Positions 19,838-29,415 of a stretch of 64,000 bases of DNA are shown here, one piece after another. A program made the translations under genes and the position numbers. Under the pieces are notes generated by a model. It had not been told where the DNA came from and searched no databases. It saw nothing but the letters and a program-made list of their open reading frames with translations. Source of the DNA: an uncultured virus (IMG/VR IMGVR_UViG_3300034071_002198) (lineage: Duplodnaviria > Heunggongvirae > Uroviricota > Caudoviricetes). Each line of letters begins with the position of its first letter. The stretch's first letter is position 1. The DNA is taken from positions 1 to 64,000 of IMG/VR virus record IMGVR_UViG_3300034071_002198, one strand, 5' to 3'.

Positions 19838-20526
19838 TATTTGATTATTAATAAACCTAAGATCACAGCGCCTAAGACTACTTTTTGGAATCTACCAAAT
19901 TTAAGTTTGCGATCAGCTTTTTTTACTTCTGTTTTCAAACCATCAACTTGTATTTTATAGTTGTCAATTTGGCTTGATTTGTCTTTATCTATTTGAATAT
20001 AGTTAGCTTCTTTGTCTCTTAACTTAACAATAACCTCTTCACGATTCTTAAGAGACTGATCTAAAGTAACTATAACGCTGTCTTGTGCTACTACTAATTT
20101 CTCATTTGTTTCTCCTTCTTGAAGATCAACAACAACCGCTTTACTTACTTCTAAAGGAAGTTGAGTTGTATCTTCAGATACTAAAATGTATTCGTTAGGA
20201 TACTTAGCTACAAAAAAACTATCTACTTGAGTAGGAGTATATTTTAAAGCATTTTTAGCGTCTTTAAGATCACCTTTCAAATCTAAGACTTTTTCATTTA
20301 ACTTAACCACTTTAACTACCAAGTATTCATTATCTTGTTCTAATATACTAATAGCTCCTTCTAAATGAATGTTTTCTATTTGTATAGAGTCAATACTATG
20401 TTCAAGTGAATCAATCTTTTGTTCAAAAGGTTTTGTATCAAATTTAGGGGCTTTGTAAATGAATACATACCAAACTGCTAATAAAGCTAAAAGGCATATC
20501 ACTACAATACTAATTGTCTTCTTCAT
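19837..20526 (-). CDS. Membrane-anchored coiled-coil protein (possible spanin-like)
   Basis: N-terminal TM helix, long coiled coil, hydrophobic C-terminus; function inferred. Confidence 0.55.
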   Translation of the reverse strand: MKKTISIVVICLLALLAVWYVFIYKAPKFDTKPFEQKIDSLEHSIDSIQIENIHLEGAISILEQDNEYLVVKVVKLNEKVLDLKGDLKDAKNALKYTPTQVDSFFVAKYPNEYILVSEDTTQLPLEVSKAVVVDLQEGETNEKLVVAQDSVIVTLDQSLKNREEVIVKLRDKEANYIQIDKDKSSQIDNYKIQVDGLKTEVKKADRKLKFGRFQKVVLGAVILGLLIIK

Positions 20527-20884
20527 CTGAATCTAATTTAGGGTTTTCTATTCTTTTAATTTTTGCTTGTAGTCTTTGTATATCGTATGGAATTTGTCCT
20601 ACAGCCTCTTTATATGCGGCCATATCTGTTATTTTTAATTCACCATTAGGACCTCTTTTTATTTTACCATCATCGTCTTTATCTGAATACTTATATATAG
20701 CCTTTTTTATTTGGCTTTTAAGATCTTCTAGTTCTTTTTTATCTTTATCTAGATTCCTAAAGTCTTTTTCAGATTGTTTGAGATCATCTTTTGAAGGTTC
20801 TACCTCCATATCTTCCTCTTCTCTGATCTTAGAGATTATGGTAAGATTGTTTTCAACTAAATACTTTCTTAAGTTAAATGACAT
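20510..20884 (-). CDS. Hypothetical protein with MSFNLRKYLVEN leader
   Basis: ORF; late motif at 20901-20908. Confidence 0.75.
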   Translation of the reverse strand: MSFNLRKYLVENNLTIISKIREEEDMEVEPSKDDLKQSEKDFRNLDKDKKELEDLKSQIKKAIYKYSDKDDDGKIKRGPNGELKITDMAAYKEAVGQIPYDIQRLQAKIKRIENPKLDSDEEDN

Positions 20885-20911
20885 GGTTGCACATTTACTT
20901 ATAAATATTTA

Positions 20912-21157
20912 TCAATCAACAAAATCTTCTTTGGTAAGTACTTTCCTTAAAGGCCTAGATAATTCTAGCCATCTATCATAATCGTACTTGACTCCAAACA
21001 AATAGTATTCGTCTTGCTTATTATGTCCTTTAGAGTAAAGGATAGCAGGGCCTGTGGCACAGTGTGGTTTTGTAGTCCCTTTTTCGTCTTCGTAGATGTG
21101 GATTGTTGTTCCTTCTATAGTGTTTATTGTTCTATAGATTGTATCTTTTTTTGCCAT
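20912..21157 (-). CDS. Hypothetical protein (H-x3-GPA...EYYLFG motif)
   Basis: ORF preceded by a host-type promoter. Confidence 0.7.
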   Translation of the reverse strand: MAKKDTIYRTINTIEGTTIHIYEDEKGTTKPHCATGPAILYSKGHNKQDEYYLFGVKYDYDRWLELSRPLRKVLTKEDFVD

Positions 21158-21172
21158 GTTATTAATTTATGG

Positions 21173-21210
21173 CTAATATACAACAAATAATTGAAATAAA
21201 AAAATTTATT
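21173..21210 (-). promoter_or_regulatory. Host-RNAP-type (Bacteroidetes-like) promoter
   Basis: Minus strand AAATTTTTTTATTTCA-N6-TGTTGTATATTAG; matches copies at 34381-34418, 34423-34460 and 61150-61187. Confidence 0.6.
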
Positions 21211-21220
21211 TTAGAATAAA

Positions 21221-22765
21221 TTAAGAAAAATCTACAAGATCCTCCCCTTCAACATCTACATCTACATTTTCAGGATCTCCTATAAAAAAATTAAGTAAAG
21301 ATGATAATGAAGATTTTAATTTATTCCATGCACTAGAAAAGAAATTTTTAATGCTACTAGAATCTATTTCATTAATATCTTCTGGATTATACTGGAGTCC
21401 TAAAACTGTAGCATATCCGTACTCTCCGGTTTTTTCTCCTTTACTTTTTATAGATCCTGTTTTAAATCTAACATCTACTTTTATTTGTCCTGCTACTTTT
21501 TTTGCGTAAGAATCGTTTTTTATTTTAACAAGTTTAGCATTTTCATAATTTTTATCTACAGATAAAATATATTCTGCGGTTGCAGGGCTATCTGCTCCAA
21601 ATTTTTTTTCTCCAGACATTGCTTCAATTACAAATGCTTTTGTAAAAGTAGGATTATTTTCAAATAAACTTTCTAAAGCAGCCATTGCTTTTTTATTTGC
21701 TGCATTTGCTGTATTTAAAGCTTTATCTTCTCCTGTTTTTAGTGATGTTCTTATATTTCCTTGGGTTCTTCCTCCTTTAGCAAATTTATTTATTTGTTTT
21801 AAAATATTTTGAACTTCTTCTGTTTGTATTAACTCTGGGGTTTTTTCTAATGCTGCATAAAATGTGGCCTTAGCTTCTTCTTTTACTCCACTCATTAATT
21901 GAGACGGTCCTGCTTTTACTGATATTCTCGCACCTCCTATTATTACATCAGATTTTGATGTCTTATTTTTTGCTTTATAAAAACTCCAAAACTCTGTTAA
22001 TGGCTCACTAAGTTTACCTGTAGATATAGCATATTCTCCACCGGTTAAATTTGTTGCAATAAGAGCTTTTTTTGCTTTATTTATTAAATCTGGGTATTTA
22101 CTATTTATCTGGTTAACTTCTGAATCACTTACTGCTCCTTTTGGTATTTTTCTATTATTTATTTTATGCCATGCTATTACTAAAGCCGTTTCAAAAAGAA
22201 CAGATTTTTTTTGCTCACCTTCTGCTTCCAATACATAATTAGTTAAAATACTCTCTAATATCCTAGACTCTGTCAACTCTTCTCCTCCTGCTTCTGGTGC
22301 TGATGTTTCTGCTGGTGGAGTTGGTCCTGCTTCTTCTGAAGGTCCTTCTGAATCTCTAGTCGCTTGTTCTGCTCCATCAGGTCCTTTAGTCTTTAAAGGA
22401 TTACCAAACCTAAGAAGCCTTGATATTGCAATCATGCATCTTTCTTTCTCACCAATAGACATTAAATAGTATTTTCTTCCTTCTACAGTTGCTTCATAAG
22501 CTTTACCCATGAACTGTAAGAATAAGAATTGACCATTATGTAGAACAACTTTAAATGTTGTTGGCTTAGGAGCAACTACATATATACCAGTTATATATTC
22601 TTCAAATGAAGGAGTCATAAGATACTCAAGAGTGTTCTTAAGTCCTGCATACTTCTTCAATATGAACTGCATAGGATCATCCTCAAACGTAGAAGTTTCA
22701 GGCTCCATCCTATCTAACTCTTGTAAGAGTATAGTCTTTAATATATCTTGGTTACTCACTGGCAT
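21221..22765 (-). CDS. Two-domain hypothetical protein; C-terminal PD-(D/E)xK nuclease-like domain
   Basis: Pro/Glu linker separates the domains; TSKSDVIIGGARISVKAG motif. Confidence 0.55.
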   Translation of the reverse strand: MPVSNQDILKTILLQELDRMEPETSTFEDDPMQFILKKYAGLKNTLEYLMTPSFEEYITGIYVVAPKPTTFKVVLHNGQFLFLQFMGKAYEATVEGRKYYLMSIGEKERCMIAISRLLRFGNPLKTKGPDGAEQATRDSEGPSEEAGPTPPAETSAPEAGGEELTESRILESILTNYVLEAEGEQKKSVLFETALVIAWHKINNRKIPKGAVSDSEVNQINSKYPDLINKAKKALIATNLTGGEYAISTGKLSEPLTEFWSFYKAKNKTSKSDVIIGGARISVKAGPSQLMSGVKEEAKATFYAALEKTPELIQTEEVQNILKQINKFAKGGRTQGNIRTSLKTGEDKALNTANAANKKAMAALESLFENNPTFTKAFVIEAMSGEKKFGADSPATAEYILSVDKNYENAKLVKIKNDSYAKKVAGQIKVDVRFKTGSIKSKGEKTGEYGYATVLGLQYNPEDINEIDSSSIKNFFSSAWNKLKSSLSSLLNFFIGDPENVDVDVEGEDLVDFS

Positions 22766-22768
22766 TAT

Positions 22769-23404
22769 TTATTTTGCTTTTTTACGCTTGATAACACTTT
22801 CCATCATAGATTTAAGAGCCATGTCTAAATCTTCTGCATCACCTGCAGGTACTTCTTGTGTACCATCTGGAAGTTCATCCATATCATGCTCACCGTTATG
22901 ATATTCATGATAATTCTTTGAAGCCTGATTAATAAAGTTTTCTGCATTAGTAATATGATCTTGTATCCAAGCTGGAATATCTTTTTCATCTTGGCCTAAC
23001 ATATTCATCAATTGACTTGCTGAGCTTATAATAGACTTAAGACTATTTTGAGCCATTGATACTTCATGATCTTGACCTTCAGATTCCTTCATGTACTTTG
23101 ATTTTCTCATAAAATCTCTTTGTGCGTCAGCTTTGGATTCAAACCCATCATTTGATTTTTGACTTTTTCCTGATTTAGGATTCCATGTCCAATAGTATTT
23201 ATCACCTTCTTTTTCAATCTTTAAAGTTCCTCCACCACTATCATCATCTTCTTCTTCGTTTTTAGCACGAAGTGCTGCAAAGTCTGCAGCAGTAATTTTA
23301 TCTTTAGGTTCGGCAGCTCCTGCTATTCTCTCTTGATTTCCAGGAAGATCTTTTTCATTTAACTCTTTCATTAAAAGAGCTTTAAAGAATGAAATGTTAG
23401 TCAT
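22769..23404 (-). CDS. Hypothetical internal-head-like protein
   Basis: Likely start MTNISFFK at 23404; DHEVSMA...DIPAWIQDHIT module. Confidence 0.7.
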   Translation of the reverse strand: MTNISFFKALLMKELNEKDLPGNQERIAGAAEPKDKITAADFAALRAKNEEEDDDSGGGTLKIEKEGDKYYWTWNPKSGKSQKSNDGFESKADAQRDFMRKSKYMKESEGQDHEVSMAQNSLKSIISSASQLMNMLGQDEKDIPAWIQDHITNAENFINQASKNYHEYHNGEHDMDELPDGTQEVPAGDAEDLDMALKSMMESVIKRKKAK

Positions 23405-23405
23405 T

Positions 23406-23693
23406 TTATTTTTTCTTTTTAGATTTACTTGCTTTTTTCCATAAACTTTTATCTGCTTTTCTTGCTCCACCTTTACCTGTTACAAATGAATTTACTCTGC
23501 CCATTGCCCATTGGTGTTGACCAACTCCAGGACGGTGTCCTGTTTTCCAAGCTGCCAAACCTTTAGCATAAACACTTTTAAGTATTGATTTAGATATACC
23601 AGTAGACTTTGCTTTGTTTGCTAGTGCTTTTTCTATTTCAGCGTCATACTCAAGAATGAGTAATTGTTTTAATATATCTAATTTATTGATCAT
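23406..23693 (-). CDS. Basic hypothetical protein (DUF5824-like)
   Basis: GLAAWKTGHRPG...QWAMGRVNSF motif; likely start MINKLDIL. Confidence 0.7.
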   Translation of the reverse strand: MINKLDILKQLLILEYDAEIEKALANKAKSTGISKSILKSVYAKGLAAWKTGHRPGVGQHQWAMGRVNSFVTGKGGARKADKSLWKKASKSKKKK

Positions 23694-23703
23694 TTCTTTT
23701 TTT

Positions 23704-24078
23704 TTATCTAATTTCCTTAACACTTTTTTTAGCGTCTTCTAATGAATTAAATGCTTGTGAAGGATTTCCTGGATTTGCAGTTTGTGTAAAAGTATACACG
23801 TAAAATTTACCATCTTTATTTGTAATGGCATAATTTTTTGCAGATCCAATTGCTCTAGACACAATATCAACTAAAGGAGACGAACTATCAATATTAAATT
23901 TTTTAATAAATTCTTCTTTATTATTAATGTCTGTCCATTTTCCTTCAAATGAGGATTTAACTGGTGCTTGATCTCCTCCGGATAAAAATTGGTTTATATC
24001 AAATTCATCTAATTGAGATTCCTTAATTATACCAGCTAATTGCTGCATTCTTTTTACTTCATTTAATTGTTTTTTCAT
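23704..24078 (-). CDS. Hypothetical protein with RMQQLAGIIKE leader
   Basis: ORF in coupled operon. Confidence 0.75.
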   Translation of the reverse strand: MKKQLNEVKRMQQLAGIIKESQLDEFDINQFLSGGDQAPVKSSFEGKWTDINNKEEFIKKFNIDSSSPLVDIVSRAIGSAKNYAITNKDGKFYVYTFTQTANPGNPSQAFNSLEDAKKSVKEIR

Positions 24079-24350
24079 TTCTTTTTCTTTTTATCTAGTT
24101 TATTTTTAACTATCTCTCTAGTCCTATCCATTTTCCTTGCATAAGCAGGATCATCTTTACGGTTAAAATTAGCTTGTTGGTTTAATGAGCCAGTTATTTT
24201 GCTCATGTTACCTTTTCTTGTTCTAATCAACCAATTAGCTAACTTTTCTGCTGGCAACTCTTTAAACTTACCTTTTGCATCTGGTGCATTAGAATGATGA
24301 AACTTAAGTCTCTCTTCAACTAACTGTTGTAATAGTTCTTGTAGTTTCAT
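24075..24350 (-). CDS. Basic hypothetical protein
   Basis: ORF with MKLQELL...EE leader; overlapping start/stop. Confidence 0.75.
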   Translation of the reverse strand: MKLQELLQQLVEERLKFHHSNAPDAKGKFKELPAEKLANWLIRTRKGNMSKITGSLNQQANFNRKDDPAYARKMDRTREIVKNKLDKKKKK

Positions 24351-24883
24351 TACTTTTCTTTTTTACCAAATCTTTTTTCGTAAGCAGAAGTTGCTGCACT
24401 CTTCTTAGTCTTGTACTTCTTAGTCTTACCCTTATCTGAATAATCTGCGTCCCACTTACCATATGCTGAAGGATCATCGGACTTTAACTTTTTTACTCTA
24501 TCAATTTCTTTTTTCATTGCTGCTGCATCTTTAGTAAGATAAGCAGGATTAACCTTATTTTTCTTTTTTGCTTCACTTACTCTAACACAGTTAGGAACCA
24601 TATTACCTTTTTTTCCTTTTTTCATTGGATTTTTTGGATCTTTTCTATATCCTTTCCAACAAGCTTCTTCTAAAGGATTTAAATCTAATTCTTTTTCTAT
24701 ATCGGTAATGTCATCATATCCTAAATATTCTAAATCTTTTTCTAAAGTATAAGGGGTTTTTGATACGGCTCTAGATATTTGATCTCTAATTTCAGCATTT
24801 CCATTATTAAAAGCCTGTAAAATATTCTGATAGTGAATATCTGTTTTAGCCATTTCTAATAATATATCTTTAAGCTTTATCAT
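24350..24883 (-). CDS. Basic hypothetical protein with MIKLKDILLE leader
   Basis: ACWKGY...VPNCV module; late motif at 24890-24897. Confidence 0.75.
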   Translation of the reverse strand: MIKLKDILLEMAKTDIHYQNILQAFNNGNAEIRDQISRAVSKTPYTLEKDLEYLGYDDITDIEKELDLNPLEEACWKGYRKDPKNPMKKGKKGNMVPNCVRVSEAKKKNKVNPAYLTKDAAAMKKEIDRVKKLKSDDPSAYGKWDADYSDKGKTKKYKTKKSAATSAYEKRFGKKEK

Positions 24884-24945
24884 ATGAATATAAATATCTG
24901 CCTATCAATTAAAGTTGGGAGGTTAATATATCTATCATATTTATA

Positions 24946-25482
24946 CTACTTCCAAGTAATTCCATTCCAATATTCAAACCCCTGTAATTTGTTTTTATAG
25001 TTGAAAATATCAAAATAATCAGCTATATATAAATACTCATAGTCATTTATAAGTTTTTTTAGTAAGTAATAAAATGAAAGAGTTCCATAAGACTTTTTAC
25101 TTTTTGTTTCATTCATGACAGAGAATAATACTTGATCTTCTATATAGATTATCCTACCCCAAAAAAGATCGTCAAAAAAAAAGTCTTCAAATTTTCCGTG
25201 ATTATAAAGTTGTAGGTCTGGTGGGGTTTCTATTTGTTTGTTTTCTGTATGTCCTGATATTTTTATTTTAGATAGTTGATTTTTTCTTTTACTAGAAATT
25301 TCTTGTATTTTTAGTCTTGAAGATTGTGTTTGATACCAGTGTTCCTGATTATCTTTATAATAAACAATCCATCCATTTTCAAACATGGATTTAGCAGATT
25401 CATTTTCTCTTTCAGCTTCTAAATAAATTAGAGGATATTTACCATTATAAATACTTAAAGAATGATCAAATATTAGTTTCAT
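24946..25482 (-). CDS. Putative aminoacyl-tRNA--protein transferase (ATE/Bpt)-like protein
   Basis: ENGW...WYQTQSSR and SYGTLS...YEYLYI...YKNKLQGFEYWNGITW resemble ATE/Bpt motifs (recalled, not searched). Confidence 0.45.
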   Translation of the reverse strand: MKLIFDHSLSIYNGKYPLIYLEAERENESAKSMFENGWIVYYKDNQEHWYQTQSSRLKIQEISSKRKNQLSKIKISGHTENKQIETPPDLQLYNHGKFEDFFFDDLFWGRIIYIEDQVLFSVMNETKSKKSYGTLSFYYLLKKLINDYEYLYIADYFDIFNYKNKLQGFEYWNGITWK

Positions 25483-26167
25483 TATCTAATTCATTATATA
25501 TTTTAGATCTTTCTTTATTTGATTCACCAGATTCTAAGTCAGTATGATCATAATTAAAAACATCAGTATCAGGTGTAACCCACCTACTGTTTCTTTCTGC
25601 AGTCCAAGAAGTAGTATTATATTTTCTATTTATAACAATATCTTGTTTAACTGTAAATGACGGATCATGAATAATTAATCTATTATTAGGTTGTATTGCA
25701 AAATTTCCATTATCCATTTGAATAAAATGTCCGCATTTATGTTGAGAAGGAAATTCACTTAATCCAAAATCTGTATCGCTCATATCATCAGAACTTCCCC
25801 AATCTAAGGTAAATAAATATTTTCCTGAATATTGAATTCTTCTTCTTGATGTGAACTTACAAGTCTTATTTTTTAATATAGGAAAACAAGTTGCACCTAC
25901 ATGATATGTAAATGAATCCCACAAAACAAGTTCATCTAACTCTTGTTGAGGAGCATCTTCTTTCCAACAAAAGGCATGAATTGGCATTCTCCACCAGAGT
26001 CCACCATCTTCCATCATAAAATGAAATAATGGTGCTTGAGCAGGTATTGACGACATGCCAAATATATAGCATGGAAATTTTTTATCAAAAGAATCTTCTT
26101 GATTTCTTAGAAAGTTTCCTCTAATAAAAGATTCAACAATTGGGATTGGGGTATTTAGATATGACAT
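25466..26167 (-). CDS. Conserved phage hypothetical protein
   Basis: WWRMPIHAF, GKYLFTLDW, HKCGH, GNFAIQPNNR motifs. Confidence 0.75.
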   Translation of the reverse strand: MSYLNTPIPIVESFIRGNFLRNQEDSFDKKFPCYIFGMSSIPAQAPLFHFMMEDGGLWWRMPIHAFCWKEDAPQQELDELVLWDSFTYHVGATCFPILKNKTCKFTSRRRIQYSGKYLFTLDWGSSDDMSDTDFGLSEFPSQHKCGHFIQMDNGNFAIQPNNRLIIHDPSFTVKQDIVINRKYNTTSWTAERNSRWVTPDTDVFNYDHTDLESGESNKERSKIYNELDNETNI

Positions 26168-26192
26168 TTTATAACCTTTTTATAAATTTATA

Positions 26193-26510
26193 TTATTTTT
26201 CTCTTATTAATAGTTCACCTAATACTTCTAAACGTCCAACTTCACGTTGAAATTCAATTTGAGTCATATTTAAGGATATCTTTTTATATGTCTGCTCAAA
26301 TTCTTTTTTAGCTGCTTCTTTATCAAACTTACCTTCAGTAGCTTTTTTATAATATGGAGCTTTAACTTTAAAATGATGCCAAGTTAATAAAGATAATCCA
26401 CCTTTTTCTTCAGCGGTAGCTGCTATTTTAGCTGCGCCTTTAGCACGTGTTTGAGCAAAGGTTTCAAAGCTTTCTTTAGCTTCAGTTAACAGTTGAATAA
26501 GTTTTATCAT
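26193..26510 (-). CDS. Hypothetical protein with MIKLIQLLTE leader
   Basis: ORF in coupled operon. Confidence 0.75.
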   Translation of the reverse strand: MIKLIQLLTEAKESFETFAQTRAKGAAKIAATAEEKGGLSLLTWHHFKVKAPYYKKATEGKFDKEAAKKEFEQTYKKISLNMTQIEFQREVGRLEVLGELLIREK

Positions 26511-27022
26511 TTGTTTTTATTTTTAACAGGAGCATAACCAGAACCATACAGGGCTGCTTTGCCTGATTGTGGATCTGCTGTTTCTTTTACTTTATTTAAA
26601 CGTTTAGTTTTTTCTTTTGATGCTTCTTTACGAGATTCAATATAATCTAATCCATTTTTTAATCTAGCTTTTACTTCAGAGTCTTTAGCTTTACCGTAAG
26701 CTGCTCTGACTCTTTGGTGTATTAAATTTATAATCTGTGACTGTCTAGCATGTGATTTAGATTTAAATTCACTTTTAGATAGTGTATCTTTTATATCTTT
26801 AACTGTTTTAAATTTTACACTAACAGTATCTTTAGGATCTTCATCTGTGTATAATCTGCGGTCTGATCCCTTTGGCTTTTTACCACTACCTTTTTTAGGA
26901 TCCGCTTCAGTTATATCAGGATCATTAGTCCAGGTATCAGAAGCTTTGTATCTTACTTTTTTAACCATATCGGATCTATATGGCGGATACATTTCTAATA
27001 ATATATCTAATAGTTTAATCAT
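26507..27022 (-). CDS. Basic hypothetical protein with MIKLLDILLE leader
   Basis: RRLYTDEDPKDTV module. Confidence 0.75.
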   Translation of the reverse strand: MIKLLDILLEMYPPYRSDMVKKVRYKASDTWTNDPDITEADPKKGSGKKPKGSDRRLYTDEDPKDTVSVKFKTVKDIKDTLSKSEFKSKSHARQSQIINLIHQRVRAAYGKAKDSEVKARLKNGLDYIESRKEASKEKTKRLNKVKETADPQSGKAALYGSGYAPVKNKNK

Positions 27023-27023
27023 A

Positions 27024-27896
27024 TTACCACTTTCTACATGACCAATATCTAGCTTTCCATCTTGGTCCTGGATTAGTGTCGCAATGATGTCTTGCTCTAA
27101 AACTTTTTCTCCTTTCAGGATTATTCTTTTTTATCTTTACTCCTTTCTGTCCAAAGTTAACTTTAACAACATTTCCTTTGGCATTCTTTACGTACACCTT
27201 AAACTTTTTAATATCGCCGGCCATTGGTTTTCCTAGTTGTACTTTTCTACCTTTGTACTCTGCTTCTTGTAAAGAGTTAGCATGATCTTTTATATATTCA
27301 GCTAAACATTGAGGACAAAATTCTCCCTCATTTAATTCTTCAAGCCCTGCTTTAATTAGTTTATCGTAGTATTTAGGATCTTCTTTAATATGATCTAAAG
27401 CTATTTTTAAAGCTATTTTAGGATCATCAGTATGCTCCATCTCAACTTCAATACCTTTTTTTATTTGGGAAAGTTTATCTTTATCTATTTTAGATTCTTT
27501 TATACCTGCTATGTGTCTACCTTGATACTTATCCTGAAGATAGTTAACCATTTTTGCATTCATATTAAAATCAAGCTCTAATTTTTTATCATTAGGTTCT
27601 TTATCTATAGCTTTAGCTATTGTTTGCATAAAACCATTTTCTACATTATTATCTACAATAGCAGCCATTTTATCATCAATATCAAGACGATCTAACCATG
27701 TTTGTGATTTTTGACCGTCTGGTTTTGTAACGGCTGCTTTTATAAACTGGAATGTTGTTTTTGCTGCGCCATATCCAGGAACAAAATCTAATATTGCATC
27801 TACAGCAACTCCAGCTATTTTATCAGTCTTTTGTTTTTTTGCAATAGATTGTATAGCTTGTTTTAAATCTCCATATGTCTCAAGATTATTTTCCAC
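27024..27896 (-). CDS. Multi-module hypothetical protein (DUF5661-like KGIEVEMEH module plus basic C-terminal module)
   Basis: KGIEVEMEHT...IALDHIKEDPKYY; RRKSFRARH.C...ARYWSC. Confidence 0.7.
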   Translation of the reverse strand: MENNLETYGDLKQAIQSIAKKQKTDKIAGVAVDAILDFVPGYGAAKTTFQFIKAAVTKPDGQKSQTWLDRLDIDDKMAAIVDNNVENGFMQTIAKAIDKEPNDKKLELDFNMNAKMVNYLQDKYQGRHIAGIKESKIDKDKLSQIKKGIEVEMEHTDDPKIALKIALDHIKEDPKYYDKLIKAGLEELNEGEFCPQCLAEYIKDHANSLQEAEYKGRKVQLGKPMAGDIKKFKVYVKNAKGNVVKVNFGQKGVKIKKNNPERRKSFRARHHCDTNPGPRWKARYWSCRKW

Positions 27897-28177
27897 TATG
27901 GTAAATTTTGAGTCCTAGTATCATATACTTTTAATACCTGTTGTAATGTTGGAGATATAGATCCTCTTCCTAGGTCATCTAGAATAGCCTTAATTATAGT
28001 TGCAAAAGATTGAATTTCTTTAGAATCAGCCCCATTTAATTTAGGTATTGTAATAGAAGAAAGGTCTCTAAAATATTTTTGTAGTTCAGATTTTGTATCT
28101 ACTATATTTTTTTCTTTAGGAAGGTCTTCCTCTTTTAAAAGATTAGTTACATGCTTTTTAAATTCTGGCGTATTCAT
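27896..28177 (-). CDS. Hypothetical protein
   Basis: Coupled ORF. Confidence 0.7.
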   Translation of the reverse strand: MNTPEFKKHVTNLLKEEDLPKEKNIVDTKSELQKYFRDLSSITIPKLNGADSKEIQSFATIIKAILDDLGRGSISPTLQQVLKVYDTRTQNLP

Positions 28178-28560
28178 TATTTTAGGAATTTAAGTTTATA
28201 CTTAGTAGATTCTAGAAGATTAACTACATTGTCAATCTCATTCTGGATATATGAATCTTGTGGAACTTTTGTTCTAATCATTTCTACAAACTTACAAAGA
28301 CCTTCGAAGTAAAGAATCGCATTATCATCTTCTTTTATCTGATTTGCCATTGCATATCCACGAAGAATGCCGTATTTTCCTTGATATGACTCAACTAAAC
28401 CGTCGATCAAATCTACAATCTCTTCGTAATACTTTTGCAAAGCTTTGTGAGCGGCAAAAGAGTTTGTCTGTAAATGGTAGATGTGAGCCTGATTACGGCT
28501 TTGCATCAATGTTCCTATAAATAAAGCGTATGGTTCCATTAGTCTTGTTTTGGTTGCCAT
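28177..28560 (-). CDS. Ferritin/Dps-like protein (DUF5856-like)
   Basis: HIYHLQT-SFAAHKAL..YY...D.LVE.YQG, C-terminal YKLKFLK. Confidence 0.75.
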   Translation of the reverse strand: MATKTRLMEPYALFIGTLMQSRNQAHIYHLQTNSFAAHKALQKYYEEIVDLIDGLVESYQGKYGILRGYAMANQIKEDDNAILYFEGLCKFVEMIRTKVPQDSYIQNEIDNVVNLLESTKYKLKFLK

Positions 28561-29393
28561 CTAAGCTCACCAGATTTAACATCTGCATCAAATATTTCTT
28601 TAGGCCATTGCCATAATTTTCCTTTAAATTTATCAGATTCTAAGTAAACCTTATCGCCTTCTATTTTTTGAATTGTTAATACTTGATTATCTTTTTTTAC
28701 AAATTTATCTCCAACTTTTAAATTATCACCTATATTTAAGCTAGATTCTTTAATATCTTTTTTTTTATCTTCTTCTTTCTCAACATTTTTCTTGCTCTTT
28801 TCAATCTTTTCCATCTTACTCATAAGATCGTCGATTTGAGATGCAAGTTTAGCAATATGTTCTTTATGTTGAGAAGCATTTTTAGGATCTTCTTTTGCCA
28901 TATCAACGTGCTCTTTACGCTTCTTTTCAAGATGGTCGATAGTCTTTTTTAACTTATCTCCAACTTTACCTTTCTTTTCTTCAAGTTGAAAAGATTCGTC
29001 CATATATTTTTTGTATGCTTCTGCTGCTATTTCTTGAGCTTGAGAAGCATCAGCAGTAACACTTATAACATCTTCCATATTAACATTTAGAGGAGCAAGT
29101 CCTTCTAAAGGATTCAATTCTTTAATTAATCCAGCTGCGTCAAGATTATCTACAGGTCTAAGAACTACATACATCTTAGTAGGATCATAGTCTTCTTTCT
29201 TAACCTTTTTAGGAAGGCCCTTATGTTTAGTTGCAGCGAAGTCTTTTACATCGCCTTTTTTCATTGATTTAGCCATTTCTTTTGCTTTTCCTGATGCTTG
29301 TGATGGTTTCATATCTCCTTTTTGAAGGGCACGAACTATGCCCATTAATTTTTGTTGTTGTTTAGATGCAGCTTTTTCTGATATATTATGCAT
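28539..29393 (-). CDS. Hypothetical protein, N-terminal DUF3008-like module
   Basis: ASKQQQKLMG...VKDFAATKHKGLP; late motif at 29419-29426. Confidence 0.7.
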   Translation of the reverse strand: MHNISEKAASKQQQKLMGIVRALQKGDMKPSQASGKAKEMAKSMKKGDVKDFAATKHKGLPKKVKKEDYDPTKMYVVLRPVDNLDAAGLIKELNPLEGLAPLNVNMEDVISVTADASQAQEIAAEAYKKYMDESFQLEEKKGKVGDKLKKTIDHLEKKRKEHVDMAKEDPKNASQHKEHIAKLASQIDDLMSKMEKIEKSKKNVEKEEDKKKDIKESSLNIGDNLKVGDKFVKKDNQVLTIQKIEGDKVYLESDKFKGKLWQWPKEIFDADVKSGELRWQPKQD

Positions 29394-29415
29394 TATAATA
29401 TTCTTTTATAATTTA

